Shown: positions 1 to 14,554, counted from the stretch's first letter. The stretch: DNA of 64,000 bases from Chrysomallon squamiferum (GCA_012295275.1 CM022677.1:7440001-7504000), one strand, 5' to 3'. Notes: generated from the sequence alone by a model not told the origin. Program-made: numbers and translations.

Positions 1-964
1 CTATTGTTATCAATATTTAAGTTCCACGTACAGTAAAATTACACCTTTCTATTATATGACTTCGAATTAGCAAAGTAAAATTTCACGTTACTTTTACTAA
101 AACTGACACTTCAAAGCGGTATCTGAAGTTAGTTCACAATGTTCTCGATATATTTTTGACGTCACATACAAAGCTACTATTATTTTAAAAAATTACAAGA
201 CGGAAGTTCCATCTATATTTCTGAATGTTCACAGTGAAATCATACCTGTAATTGTCAGTGTTTTGTCGTATAACTAACTGAATATCATCTCATTCAAGAA
301 GGATAGCTGAGAAATTTAGAAATAAAGAGGCCTTCCAAATTCCTATGCTCTGTTATAACAAAATCAGGATTTGTTTTTAGTTGCACCTCAAATGATAATT
401 AAATATTGATTTTCTTTTTGTAGACAGGTGTGTATTGAAAAGCTGGGGTTTCTCTGTTAAATATTAGCAAATAATTTATTATATATGAAGTGATATTCAT
501 CTTGATATTTCTAGTTGAGAAGTACAGTGAATATTCAGGAATAAAATATCGCAACCAGATAAAAATGTTATTTCATTAACAACTGTGATATTAATGTGAT
601 ATTTCTCAACGTAATTTATGTTGTGTTTACTACATCAGGTCAGAATAATTATTTACTCAGCAAAAGTAACGTAGTGTTTTAGTTAAGACAATGTTATTAT
701 TTTTTTAAAGACATATCTAAAATAAATATTAAAAACTCTCAGTTGAAGTCTGTCAAATTTGCTTAATAAATGGACGTTTTATTTGATTAATCTGAAATTC
801 ATCAACATTTTGAGGTTTATTAAACTACTTTTATTAGGATGTCACCGCTACTCTCGAACTATGAATGTTCTGAGTATCACAATGTAACGAAAATCCCGTG
901 TAAACTACTTCATAAAGAGTGCACTCGTTATTAAAATTTATTTTTATAACTCAGTGGTAAAATG

Positions 965-2260
965 AACAGTGTAAATAGCCTTATCCTTAAGTAAAACTGA
1001 CAGCTTATTTTTACTTGTTTATAATTATGTAATGTTTATATATTTTATATGTGAAAATAGCGGTATCCTTAATTAAAAATATCACCTTATTTTTACTTAT
1101 TTATAATTATGTGATGTTATATGATTGTAAACTGCGCTCGTTTTACAAAATAAACGTGATAACTGTATACATACTGGAATATCATTTAAGTTTTCTTCTG
1201 TTTTTCATAAATAATAATAATAATAATAATAATAAATTAAAAATTAAAATAAGCTGAAAGTAAGCTCTGTATTTCCCAAATTACAGGTATTCTCTATAAT
1301 GGATGTTTTTACTTGAAATTATCATTTTAATCTTTAGTGTAATATAATTTATGACGTTAATGTTGCGCCTTCTCACGTTATCTCATTTTGGCAAATGGTG
1401 AGGATATAGAGAAATGTTCTAGCTATCCGTCAAATCATCTCTGATTCCTTTCCCTGCATCCAACATGTCCGTCAGTTTACAGCTAAATGTAATTCATCCT
1501 GGTCTCTGTATCTGTGTGTGTCTCTGTGTCTGATGAACATCAGTCTTAACTTTCAGCACCTTCTTTTCAATGATCAATTTCCCCGTCCACCCAGTAATGA
1601 GATGTACACCAAGACGTTAAGAACAATGCTGGAACGACGGCAATGACGGCCTCATTAATAGAAAGAGTAATGATCTTTTTTAACGTAGGATATGGACACG
1701 AATTGCAATAGTTAATAAACAGCAAAAAAAAAAAAAAAAAAAAGGTGAAATACACCGAGAATGCTGAGAACAACGCCGTTACGACGGTAGTGACGGCGAC
1801 ATTAATAGAAATATTAATGATGTATTTTAATAAAGGACGGGCACGGTCGGAAAATAAGAATAACAGCGAATAAAAAACGAAAAGGAATAATAAGCAGTAC
1901 ACCAACAACGTTATGAACAACGCCGGCACGACGGTAGCGACGGACACATAGTGATTCGCACGCTCAGAAAGTATGAGAAATGATTAAAAAAAAAAAGTGC
2001 TAAAGAATAACGAGAAGGACTCTATGAAAGCTAGAAAGAAGGCATTTACGAAGGCAACGATGATGATATTAATAGAAATGGTAATAATACATTTTAGAAT
2101 AGGATTTGAATAAGAATTAATAAACAGAAAAAGAACAGTGAGAAGTACACAGAGAACGGTGAGAACAACGCCGTTACGACGGTAGCGACGGCTACATTAA
2201 TAGAAATATTAACAATATATTTTAGTACTGGAGGACGCTGATTGCAATACTTAATAAAAG
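965..2260. repeat. Segmental duplication block A (inverted paralog at ~39590-41200)
   Basis: Reverse complement of 1261-1380 (aacgtgagaaggcgcaacattaacgtcataaattatattacact...) matches 40779-40900; 1420-1700 matches 40230-40490; moderately diverged. Confidence 0.85.
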
Positions 2261-2363
2261 GCAAAATAATATTTTTAATTTTTTCAGACGTATATCAAAG
2301 ATTGGTAAATTCCTGGACAGTAATAAGCAACTTATTGTAGTGTGAGGTGTAAGCTTTGTGCAT
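1567..2363 (-). pseudogene. Decayed intronless ORF made of ~125-147 bp degenerate repeats encoding hydrophobic ~45-aa units (putative polytopic membrane protein), copy 1
   Basis: ATG at 2363 reads MHKAYTSHYNKLLITVQEFTNL*YTSEKIKNIILPFIKYCNQRPPVLKYIVNISINVAVATVVTALFSPFSVYFSL...; unit anchor attaatagaaa at 1654, 1801, 2068, 2196 (degenerate unit ~1946); stops and frameshifts present. Confidence 0.5.
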
Positions 2364-4207
2364 TAATTTAAATAATAAGAAGAAAGAAAATGTAGAGAGA
2401 AAGAGTAGGGAGAAAAAAATAACAACACCGTTTATTTGAAGTTTACGGTCAACGATTGGCTAATAATAAGTTAAAAAAAAAAAAAAAATAAATAAATAAA
2501 TAAAAGAAGAACCACATCGATTTATAATTAGTACGTATATTTTAATAAATGTTGTTATTTTATTTTATTTTTAATTTTTGTTTTATTTATTTATTTATTT
2601 ATTTATTTTTTTTTTATTTATTTTTTTAGTGTAGTAGTTGCGGAAAATGCGGGATGATTGTCGGTCTTCACGGATTTACTGTTTTATTTGATGTTCGAAG
2701 AATCTTGTACATAATTGGGGTAATCGCATTATCATGAAACAAAAAAGTTGCTTAAAGTATTTAATTTTGTGAAGGAGACAGGTATTACTATTTATTATTA
2801 TAATTGATAACGCGTTTGGATTTTTTTCGTTTTATTTAATACTAATTTAAAAGTCATAACACATGATGGCAGCCATATTATTTGAGAACAATAATTATTT
2901 ATTTATTTATATTTTTCAAAAAAACGGCACTCGATTAATAATAACATTCACCAGAGGCTGTACTAATGTAAACAGCTTAAACAACGTTAGGTAACTAAGA
3001 AATCATGTTTAGTCTTTACTTTTGTTTTACCAATCAGCCTATGAGGGACAAATTTTGAGTGGCCAGTAATTAAATTTGTTTTAAAATAAATTGACTTGTG
3101 TAGCCAAAGTAAACAACACACAACAACTCTCACAGATTTAAATTTTATTATTATTATTATTATTATTATTTTATTTTATTATTAATTTTATTTTAAATAA
3201 ACTAATTTGTTTGCTAATTTTGTTTGACAGGTTGTTTTCTATCAGTTTATTTATGACACACACACACACACACACACAAATAATTTGTTATCCTCAGTGA
3301 TAACTGTTCTTTGTATCCCTTCTTTTCTCAATGTAAATTTTACTTTATTAATTTACATTTTGTTTTGTTGTACTTCCTTCTTTTTATCGTCGTCTTATTA
3401 TTATTATTACAAATTTTTATTATTTTATGTTTTATTTTTTATTATTATTATTTTTTTAATCTTTATTATTATTATTCATTTTATTTTTCATTATCAATAT
3501 TTGTTTATTTTTGATGTTTTCTAGGTCATATGGAGAAAATATTCCAAATTTATTTTAAAAATGCATCTATGAAAAATCAGATCTGAGTGAAATATTTTAT
3601 AAATTTCTCATCCAGCTATTGACCAGAACCACACTGTGGAGAGCAAGAGCTGCTGGAATACTATAATATGATATATTGATGGTTTACATGCAGCATAGAC
3701 AGGAACACGAAGGAACCTGCAGATCATTTATTTGCTATTGTTTTGTTAATTAAATAAATTAATACCATTATCATCATTATCATTATAATGATTATACACA
3801 GTATATCAAAAATATCCCACACCCCTTTGTGTCTGAATAATCAAGTAACTGATAACAGTAAAATTTTAATTTTAATAATAACAGAAACATTGGCTCTTTA
3901 TTTCTATTATTTTATTATTATGTTTTTTTTTCAGAATGCACATAATTGAATGCTGATATTTGCTATTGAAGTTTCAATAGAAGGTGCTGTCCAGCACTGA
4001 GGACAAAGTTTGTACTGCTGCCACTGGAAAAGAAAAAAAAAAAAAACTGAACAGGTGAATTTGAGTTTGTTTTCTTATGTATTTCTCATTATTCTAAACC
4101 TAACAAAGTTTAATTTAATTTAACATAGGAAGTTCCATTTTTAAATACTTTGTCATACACTGCATTCATCTCTCTCTCTCTCTCTCTCTCTCTAGATCTC
4201 TCTCTTT

Positions 4208-4259
<52 letters not shown>

Positions 4260-4277
4260 ACTTTTATACAAACCTGA

Positions 4278-4480
4278 TTATTTTATTGTTAATTTCTCAT
4301 CTGTGTCGTCCTCATCTTTCTTTGGTATCCCACTAAAGATTAAATTGTCACACATCAAGCAAGTTTGTAGATCATTTTTTCTTAAGTTTCCAAACTCAGT
4401 TTTTAGTTCACATATTTGTTGTTTCTTACTGTTATTATTATCTCTCATTTGATGGGTAGAACTGTTCATATCTGACACAG
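4278..4480 (-). mobile_element. LINE (L2/CR1-type) ORF1 fragment
   Basis: Translation ...NDLQTCLMCDNLIFSGIPKKDEDDTDEKL resembles the DLQxRSMRDNLIFxGIPE motif at the coiled-coil/RRM junction of LINE ORF1 proteins. Confidence 0.6.
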
Positions 4481-5069
4481 TTTATTTCAAATCTCCGAGA
4501 TCATTTTATTGCTTTCAAACTGTGATTGTAATTCATACTTTTTACCACTGATATCTTGTACTTAATTCCATACTATTCAGGTTTTTTTTATTGCTTTCAA
4601 ACTGTTAGTGAATGTAATTCATATCTTGTATTATTTCTAAATATCAATCATTTCACCACTGATACGTCAATTTAATAATGGTTTAAGCACCAGCAAACCT
4701 TATAATAACTTTTTAATCAGGGTATCTAATTATATACTGACATCTTGAATGTGCACAAACTGGTGAAATTATCCCAGAATACTGACCCTGGTATTGTCCA
4801 TACTGTGACTGCTGAGACTGTTGAACTGGTGTTGACTGATAAAATGGTGCAGATGAACATCTCGTTATTCTGTGTATTTGACATCCTTGTAATTCTTGAC
4901 CAGCTTGGCTACTGCTTACCCTTATTTTCTGTTCACTTTCTCCACTTAGTTTTACTCTTTTTACCTTTTATATTTTATGTTGCATACTCGCGTATATTTA
5001 GCAATAATTTACATTGATAAAAACAGATAAAATACCTTTAATACTAATAAACATTATATATTTTCACAG

Positions 5070-6776
5070 AGAGATGAGAGACATGACTTTCATTTCCATG
5101 CATGTGTTAGTGGGAAGTAATGGTTATTCATGTTGGGAACATTAAACAACCACATGAAAAAGATCAAACAGAGCCTGAAGAGAACAAGTAAGTTAACACC
5201 GTCTTTTCTTTTTCCTTTCACACGTCATCTCTTTAACTGACAAAGATGATAATGATATTTGTATAAAAATTAAGGTAAAAAATAATTTTTGTCATTAATA
5301 GAATTTTTTATTTTTTATTTTTTATTGTTTGACCTAATCAGATATACATTGATGAAAAAGGCTGTTAATTCTGATAGTTTGTAAGAAAAAATAATGTAAA
5401 TTATTTGTTTGTGAATTAAAAGCTCTTAAGAATTTATTCATATCTTTGTTGTCACTAATGCTACTTAATTATTGTGTTGGGGTTTAAAATGCAGTTTTAT
5501 ATTACTGTTTCAACACTAAAGAAGACAATTTATAAAGTGAAAATTCTATTATTTGTTGTTTTTAGGTTGTAGTAGATTGTGTGTGTGTGGTGGTGTTGTT
5601 TGTTTTTTGTTGTTTGTTTTTAATTAAAAATATAATCTATATAACTACTGTTTTATTTATTTTCATTAATTAAGAATTAGTTTAATTTCTTTTGTCCAAG
5701 ATCTAAAATATCCATGTCTATGTATGGACTGAATGCTCCTATAAAGGTTTGTTTTATTCATTCACTTTTGTGTTTTATAGCTCATTTGATTAAGGATGGG
5801 GATTTAATTAAAAGTAGCAAAATGTATTTTTATGCACAGAATAGTATTGAAACATTTACATAAATGTCTCATAAATGATGTTTACTTTAGATAGTTTAGA
5901 ATAATTTAATAATGGTTTATACACCAACAAACCTCATAATAATTTGCATGACAGCCTAATAGAGTAATGAACAGAAGATGTGTAATTTGCTGTTAGTAAT
6001 ATCTCACTCAAATCTGAAAAAGGGGCAAAAATGTACTTATATTAAAGTGGCAGGAAAGTATGTTACAATTAAATATTTTAATAATCAAATAATTTATTAT
6101 AAATGATGTAACTATACCAATTGTTAAAGGTTAATTAAAGATCTTAAGAATAATCTCAAATGTATTTCCATCATGCTAGTATTTCAAGTAGAATCAGCAT
6201 TAGAAGAACATTTTCTTACTGCCTAATGTAATACTATGTAGGTTTAAAATGTTTATTTACTTAATATTCCTGGCAGTCATCTTAAACTGGACTAAAAGAC
6301 TAAAACAGTGTAAATATCAACATTTTAACAAATTAATAGAATTATTCAAATATATTAAAACATATTTTTGTAATCTCTCTTACTGGTGTATTGCTCTTTT
6401 AATGCTTTTATGTCAAAGTCAAAAAATAAAATTAAACTAAGAATATAAAACCATTTAATAAATTATTTTTATTATTAAAATTGGATGGAAAAAATAAAAA
6501 TGAGGACTAAAATTCTACTTGCTAAGACAGTGAAATATTGACAACAAAAATACTGCTTGCACTTAATTTTATGATTAGTTTATTAATGAATATTATATTT
6601 TGTTGTAGGATCCCAGACAACAGATTCAAGCTGCCTTAGCCAGCACTTCAGTTGAAAATGTTGTAAGACCCATTTTCAGAAAAGGTTCACCAGAGCACAA
6701 GAATGCTATTACATCACAGTCTTCCCTGTCCAGAGAAAACTCAACACTTTCAAGAGAAAATCTGTCTGAAATGTAA
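5070..6776 (+). pseudogene. Exon-like fragments of an unidentified gene inside arm B (5070-5187 and 6609-6776)
   Basis: ttttcacag|...|gtaagt at 5070-5187; ttgtag|DPRQQIQAALASTSVENVVRPIFRKGSPEHKNAITSQSSLSRENSTLSRENLSEM* then FEFRTLSDLQETALSM*; conserved in all three copies; product not recognised. Confidence 0.4.
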
Positions 6777-7589
6777 TTTGAATTTCGAACACTCAGTGAT
6801 CTCCAAGAGACTGCATTGTCAATGTGATCAGAACATCCAGTGTACACATTGTACTTCATAGCAGCTTGCACTGTTTTTATCATTGATGTGTGCTTGGTTA
6901 TTCTAATTTTTCTCACTGAAAGAGGAATGGAGATTCATCACTGCAATGGAATGCCATTTTTGTAAGCAAGCTAAAATTAACGTGATAGAGGTGTAAACAT
7001 TTTTAATAATTTTTGTATTATTTAAATCAGGGAAAATGAAAGGTTTGCTGGGATAATCAATGTAAATATATTTAAAATTAGGTCATTACAGTAATTAGAA
7101 CTTTTCATAAAAAAAAGAAGAAACTCATAAAAAAAACTAAAAATTGTTTTTTTTTTCTTTTTCTTTCTTTGTCATATTTTAAATCAGGGAAAATCAAGGG
7201 TTGCTGTGGGTAATCATTGTATAAATATATTTAAAATTATGTAATTAGGGATAATTAGAATTTGTTTATAACAAAAAAAAATCCCAAAACAACATTTTTT
7301 TTTTGACATGAAGTCATTTGATAGACATTTGAAGATATACATGAAAATACTATGTCTGATTGTAAATATCTGTGTTTCTAATTTTATCATCCTGTATGAA
7401 AAATTATTCTGCTTGTATTTTTATTTTTATATATGAAAAGTAAATTATTTCAGTCATGTGTTCTACCCTCTTTTTTTTTTTTTTTTTTTGAATGGAACTT
7501 AATGATACATTTTTTGTTGTATTTTTTATTGCAGTAACAATGAGAAATATTTAAATACTTAAAAAAAAAACAATTATATAAAAAATGTT

Positions 7590-7930
7590 TACTATGTAAC
7601 TATTATTTTAATCTTTATAAATCTGCAATATGTCTAAAACCTTAACATTTGTAATTAAAACAAATTGCAATTTTATGTTATTTTAATTTTTACAAAAATG
7701 CAATATATCTGTAACATTTGTAATAAAAAATATTCCAATTTTATGTTATTTTTAATCTTTATAACTGCAATCAGTCTAAAACCTGCAAACCATAACTGTA
7801 AAATTTATAATTAAAAAAATGTTCCAATTTTTTATTATTTTAATCTTCATACTCTGCAATCAGTCTAAAACTTTGATGTGACATTTGTAATAAGAAAATT
7901 CCAGTTTTTTAATCTTTATAAGTCTGCAGT
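7590..7930. repeat. Degenerate ~75-95 bp tandem repeat (also at ~24735-25075)
   Basis: Recurring taatctttata..ctgcaat..gtctaaaa..acatttgtaat..aattttatgttatt blocks, about 4 units. Confidence 0.6.
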
Positions 7931-8532
7931 CTAAAATGGCATTACCCATCAGTCTCCTGTTATTATAGAATCCACTGTAAATATTTTGTTTATATTTTAA
8001 TTATTTATCACATATTAACAGATATAAGTTGAAATATAGTGTTCTTGGAATATACCTACATGTTTATAATGATTCCTCGTTATACAACTTTATATGTATA
8101 TTACAAGATATATTATTTGTCTTCTGTTGTATTAAAAGTGAGAAACAAATAATAATTCTGTTAATTCTAAAATGTAATACAAATTCTTTGATGCATTATG
8201 GATTAAAGTTTCATAATGTAAACAAAACTTTTTTTTGTTTGATTTTAGTGAGTATAAATAGAAAAAATACAGAAACGGTTTCCAGATTAAAAGCCTTTTT
8301 TATTAAGAATAAAATGAGGTAATGTTATATTGATAACTAGAGGTAGAATGGTAAACTTTGACTTAGTGGTTTAAGTTGGTGTATAGAGAGACATGCAGTG
8401 TTAGTTTACACTGAAACACTGATTAGTTTGTAGTCTGTTTAGATCATCTGAGAATAAAAGTCATTAATGAAATATTTTATTATGTGTCACTATTCATTTA
8501 TCCTTTCATTTATCTATCTTTTTACACATCCA

Positions 8533-8534
<2 letters not shown>

Positions 8535-8575
<41 letters not shown>

Positions 8576-9710
8576 TGTTTGTGTCCGAGTGTTTATGTCC
8601 GAGTGTTTGTGTCTGTGTGTTTGTGTCTATGTGTGTATGTGTTTGTATGTGTGTGTGTGTGACTGTGTGTGTGTGTGAATGTGTGTATGTGTGGGTGAGT
8701 TTGTGTGTGAATGTGTGTATGTGTGGGTGAGTTTGTGTCTGAGTGTCTGTGTCTGTGTGTGTGTGTTTGTGTGAATGTGTATCCGTGTGAGTGTTTGTGT
8801 CTTGGGGTTTGTGTGTCTGTGTGTGTATGTGTTGTGTGTTATATTTATATAAAAGGATATATTCAACATAGAATGCAATGCACTGTAAAAGAGTAATTTA
8901 AAGAGACATGGAAAGAGATGGTTTGTTAATCAGAAAGAACAGATACATAGAGTGTGATACTCTCAGTGTGAATGATATATGTCAACTACAGTGTGTGTGT
9001 GTGTGTGTGTGTGTTAGTCTGTTTGCATATTATGTGTATATACAACTTGTTGGTGAGTATATATCTGTATGAATATGTGACTAGATTAAAAGATGACTGT
9101 TTATGTGTGTGGATATGCAATGTGTGTGTATGTACATATGTATAGGTGTGTATCAGTAGGTGTGAGTATGTATGTATGTGTGTATGTATGTGTATGTGTA
9201 TGTATGTATAGGTGTGTGTATGTGTATGTATGTGTATCTATGTGTATGTATGTGTATGTATGTATAGGTGTGTGTATGTGCAGGTGTGAGTATGTATGTG
9301 TGTGAAACAGGGTGGAGTTGTTGATTATTGCTGGTGTGTATATGTCTGTCTATGTGAATGAGTATACATGACAAGTTTAAAACATGACTGTGTGTATGTG
9401 TTTATGTTTGCATATTAGCACATGTATGTGCATGTGTATTACAGTAATAGTACATGTGGGATTGTGTATTTTATGACTATATGTATGATAGTGGGGTATG
9501 TGTATGTTTTTGTTCATGCGCCTGTGTATATATATCTGGGAGACTGTTTATGTGTGTAGCCTATCCAGTATACATGCATGTGAGTGTATGTGTGTGTGTG
9601 TGTGTGTTTGTGTGGTGTCTGTAATATTATGTATGTATATATATATATAATGTGTGTTTTGTGCATTGTGTGTGTGCATGTATGTGTATGAGTGTGTGTT
9701 TGTGTGTATG
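8535..9710. repeat. (TG)n/(TGTA)n low-complexity tract (mirrored at 22935-24130)
   Basis: Directly visible dinucleotide and tetranucleotide repeats; source of spurious CV/HT ORFs. Confidence 0.9.
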
Positions 9711-10784
9711 TAATGATGGTGAGCAGTTGTGACAGGGTGTTCCTCTGAGACACTGGGTGGAGCTGTTGATCAGGATAAATATTATTTATTTATTTATTTA
9801 TTTATTGATATAAATAATCAGACTGGATGAGTGCAGGAGAGACTGTTTCAGTCACAGGTAACAACATTTGTTAAAAACTGGAAGTTTCAGCTTGATGTGA
9901 TTGTTGTGAAAAGAAAATTTGATTGTTTGTGCTTAGATTAATCACTGGATTCATGTATATGTGTGGAAGTATAGGATTGAAAGATGGATGGACGATGAAT
10001 AAGAGATATGAATAGATAAAGTAAAATGTTAGCCTGGTTAGAGATAGAGAGGGATGATACATTCACATAATATCCAAATAGAATAACTCACTGAATGTGA
10101 TAAATGCTGGACGAATGAAAGAATAAATGAATAGAAGCACGTGTAGTTGGATGAGCAGATATGTGGTTAATTACAGGATGATATATTGATATATGAAATA
10201 TTTTGTTCTAACTGTGTGACAGCATAGAGTGTTTGTGTGTACTTTATAAGATGTCTGTGAAGACAAATCAGTATTTCATTCTCACTATTTGAACACTTAA
10301 CAAACTAAATATCACTAATTACTCTTTAAAATAAAATGACAAATATTTACATTTTACAAAGTGTAAACAGTTAATAGAAAAAGATTAACAAAAAAATACA
10401 CATAGTAAAATAAATAAAATTACAAGGTAATGACAATAAGAACAGAAAAATAATTTATTTTTGAGAAATAAATATTCTAAGATTCAATATGATGTACATT
10501 GAGTTACTGATCTTTATTAAATGCTTCATGTACATTTTCAGTGAGTTCTGTGAGTCTTGATGTGCATGATGAATGAAATCTATGAGAACTAAGTTAGAAG
10601 CAGTTCATCATGTATATAGAATAAAGTGATAAAAGAATCAAGATAAGACCATATTTTGAAAAAAGCGGATGTTTAAATGATTGTAAATGAGGACAATCCA
10701 TCAAAATGTGACTGTTTCAATACACACTGACAGTGTTCACACCAAGTGAATGAAATTCTTCAAAAATGAAAAATATTGTCAAAG

Positions 10785-10984
10785 NNNNNNNNNNNNNNNN
10801 NNNNNNNNNNNNNNNNNNNNNNNNNNNNNNNNNNNNNNNNNNNNNNNNNNNNNNNNNNNNNNNNNNNNNNNNNNNNNNNNNNNNNNNNNNNNNNNNNNNN
10901 NNNNNNNNNNNNNNNNNNNNNNNNNNNNNNNNNNNNNNNNNNNNNNNNNNNNNNNNNNNNNNNNNNNNNNNNNNNNNNNNNNNN
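10785..10984. other. Assembly gap (200 N)
   Basis: Run of N. Confidence 1.
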
Positions 10985-12962
10985 GATAATGTGAACACTT
11001 TAATTTCCGCTAAAACCCAATAGAAGCGGACAGTGCTGAGTAATGTGTACTTGTAAACAATACTTGAAACCATTATATTTTTATTTTAATATTATTTTCA
11101 TTTTCAATACATTACAGGTGGTATTTACGTGAAAAAAGGAAACTGATCGCGTGTTACTTGAATGATTGCCTAGACACATTTATTATGATGCTTGATACCG
11201 GTTTTACAACAGAAAATTTATTTAAAAAATTATAATTTAAAGCTCCGCCAACCGGCCTGTTTAAAAAATTACTTAAAAATTAATTTTTCACTCTTTTTCG
11301 TTAAAACCCCAAAACATTCGAGTTCTGAAACATGTAATTAAAAGTTATGGACAGGAAGTTTGTAAATGATGAGGTTTGTTGTAAACTGTTCGAAATCGTG
11401 ATATCGTAAGAGACTTATCTCAAACAATTAATAAATGACAGAAAATGTCAATTAGTTATTTAACTAAAATACCTCACATTTTTCATTGGCTGGAGATAAT
11501 TAATTATTTTCAATTTACAGGTGGATACTGTCAAGTCTATGTCCGATTTTGTACTTTTTTATGAATTTGACCAGAATGTAAAATTTACAATTTTGATACC
11601 TTTTTATAGATTTATATTTTTGTTTAAATTATTTGTTATTTATCAGGTTAAACACAATGGAAAATTACTTTTAAATAATTATACTATTAAATGTTATTAT
11701 TGTATCTACAGAAACGACATGATTCTGGAATCAGCTTCAGTTACAAGAATATGAAGAAGAATATTGAGGTTACTTTAAACATTGAGATATCTACTGATAT
11801 AGACTAATTATGGATTTTTCTTTCCAAAGCAGTTTCCAGACAGAGAAGTTGTTAACAATATACATCAGTGTTGATTCATTATTCTCCAAAAGTTAACAGT
11901 GGATGATTCTTGGATTTATCAGGAAAGGACTTAAAACTTCCTCTATAATGACTAAGGACACTGCACAAACTATGTATGGTTCTACACTGCAAATTAGAAA
12001 TTATTGCAGAAGAAATGAAAATATGTGGAACAATGATATTTTTAAATAGAGAGCAGGTTCCAGATTAATGTTGTTTTCATAAAGATTATTAGCAATTAAC
12101 TTGAGAGCAGCTGTAAATGATTTAAAGGAATGGAGGAATGATTGACAGAGATATGAGACTGTCAGATGAAAGGTTAACAGGTGAAGAGATAAACAGGAAG
12201 ATACAAAGAAAGAAAGAAGTATATATTGATAGACTGATAGACAGCTAGATCAGTAGAAGTTAACAAATGAATTGATAGATGTAGATGAATTTAGGTAGAT
12301 AGGTAAACATGACAATGGCCACCTATCTAATCTGTGTATTCTTCTTTCTGTCATGTGTGTTTGTGTGCCAGGCTGAGTAGACGTACAGATGTATATATAA
12401 ATCATACAGGTTGTAATGCAGTCACAGTTAGTTATGTATGTAGGTAGTTTGACAGGGAGTTGGATAGATGACTGATGGATGGTTATTGATATGTTGTAAT
12501 GTGGATAGATAAACAGATAGGTATGTAGGTGAGTAGATCAGTAGGTTGATATGTAGATTATATAGACAGGCATCTCAAAGATACAGACAGGTAGGTAGGT
12601 CAGTACTATATGTAGATAGTTAACTAATACACAGCAGAGACACAGAGAGACAGGTAGGTGTAGGCAAGTATGGACGGTAACGTGGAAGACTGAATGTATA
12701 TGCAGGTGTAGGTATGCATAAGTTGGAGCAGAGAATAGTATATACATATGTATGGGAAGGAAAATTTGCTTGTGTTTTTTGAAGAGTGTGAATATACTGA
12801 CTGTATATGTGTGCAAACATACAGAAAAATAGGGAGATCTGTAGGTGGATATATAGGAGATGTAGATAAGGAGATGTTATTGATGGTTATTGATTTCAAT
12901 GGATAAAAGAAAATTAGACAGATTATATAACCGCTATGTAGATTGATTATGAGAAAATATTT

Positions 12963-13080
12963 AGATAGACATACATATGGAAATGTGTGTAGATAGACAT
13001 ACATATGGAAATGTGTGTAGATAGACATAAATATGGAAATGTGTGTAGATAGACATAAATATGGAGATGTATGTAGATAG
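12963..13080. repeat. 28-bp minisatellite, ~4 copies
   Basis: agatagacatacatatggaaatgtgtgt units starting at 12963, 12991, 13019, 13047. Confidence 0.9.
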
Positions 13081-13111
13081 GTGATATCACATGCATATGC
13101 ATAAAAAATGA

Positions 13112-13159
<48 letters not shown>

Positions 13160-14097
13160 CAGTGATAAGCATAGCTAAATATGGGAATTGTGAATGAGAG
13201 TTATAAATGGACAGTATCACAGAAAGATAGATATAGAAAGTAGTTATAATTATTTAGGGAGATAGTTAGGAAGATGAATAGGTGATTTATGGATGGTTAT
13301 TGATGGAATGTAATGTAGATGGATATATATATATATGAGAAATACTAAATTATATATATATATTTTGAGGATGGACAGAGAGATATATAGATAGCTAAAC
13401 AGATAGGCAGGTGCGTAGGTTCAATAGATAGACAGAAAGATAGATAGAAGGATAGGTGTCAAGCAAGATAGGTTATATAATGGTAAAGTGGATGGCAGTA
13501 GATTTGAGGATGTATATGTGTAAGAAAATGATTATGTTAGAAATAGCGTTAAGATAGAGAATATATTTGATAGATAAACAGACACACACACACACGCACA
13601 CACACACACACACAGCGCCAGACTCAAACACACGCAGACAAACATAGAGGAGAGGATCTGTGTTTGGATTGAGTTAGTGATGAACTGATAGATTATAAGT
13701 AGCTATACAATATAAATACTGATAGATTATACAGACTGATATAGATAAATAAATACAGGTAGGTCATTTAGATAAATATACAGAGGTAAATACAGATAGA
13801 TTATAGGTAGATATCCAGAGATAAATACAGATAGGTTATACAGATATACAGCAAGATAGCGAGCTTTGAAGTAATATAGTTAGATATTCAGGGAGCTGGA
13901 CATATGTTTGATAGATTGTTTTTAAAAAATAGGCATATAAACTAGAGAGATAATATAATAGGTATGGATGTTACTAGTTTGGTAGATTGATATTTAGACA
14001 GACTGATAGATATATAGATAGATATGTGTGTTAAGGAATGGGTCTGTGTACAAACACACATGCATGCATATATATATATATATACACGTGTGTGTGT

Positions 14098-14141
<44 letters not shown>

Positions 14142-14391
14142 TAGTGATAATGTATATAAAAGGGTGGACAGATGGTAGATGATAACAGACAGGTAAATTG
14201 ATAGACAGAAGAAAGCTAGATAGATTACTAGAAAGATAGATAGATGAAAGGAGATATATTGAGAGATATATTGATAGGTTAGGTAGGCAATAATTAGGTA
14301 CATATATAGACAGATATACACAGATAACATAGATACATTGATGTGTATCTGTATGTTTTACAGAGAACGGGTATATAAATGTGTATGAAAA

Positions 14392-14489
14392 AAGTGTACG
14401 TGCTTAAGAATAAGTTATGACATATAAATATTTCCCTCTGGCTTTCTTACTCTCTCTGTCACTCTCCATATATATATATATATATATAT

Positions 14490-14554
<65 letters not shown>

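Larger units (their letters stand above)
4290..10784 (+). repeat. Left arm of ~6.5 kb inverted segmental duplication (arm B)
   Basis: Identical ORFs on opposite strands (8029-8322+ vs 24346-24639-; 9871-10062- vs 22586-22777+) and a near-identical pair (6626-6916- vs 25751-26041+); homology runs up to the N gap. Confidence 0.95.

Noticed and set aside
6626-6916. 96-aa ORF conserved in both arms (also 25751-26041)
   Set aside because: Starts at GTG, conservation reflects recent duplication, and the splice signals point to the opposite strand.
8484-9753. ORFs rich in CV/HT, and similar ER, SL, IYLS, I/L/N or V/S ORFs elsewhere (e.g. 14031-14791, 20222-20584, 33531-34849, 43974-44414)
   Set aside because: Translations of microsatellite and trinucleotide low-complexity DNA.
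10717-11073. ORFs spanning the N run
   Set aside because: Artefacts of the assembly gap.
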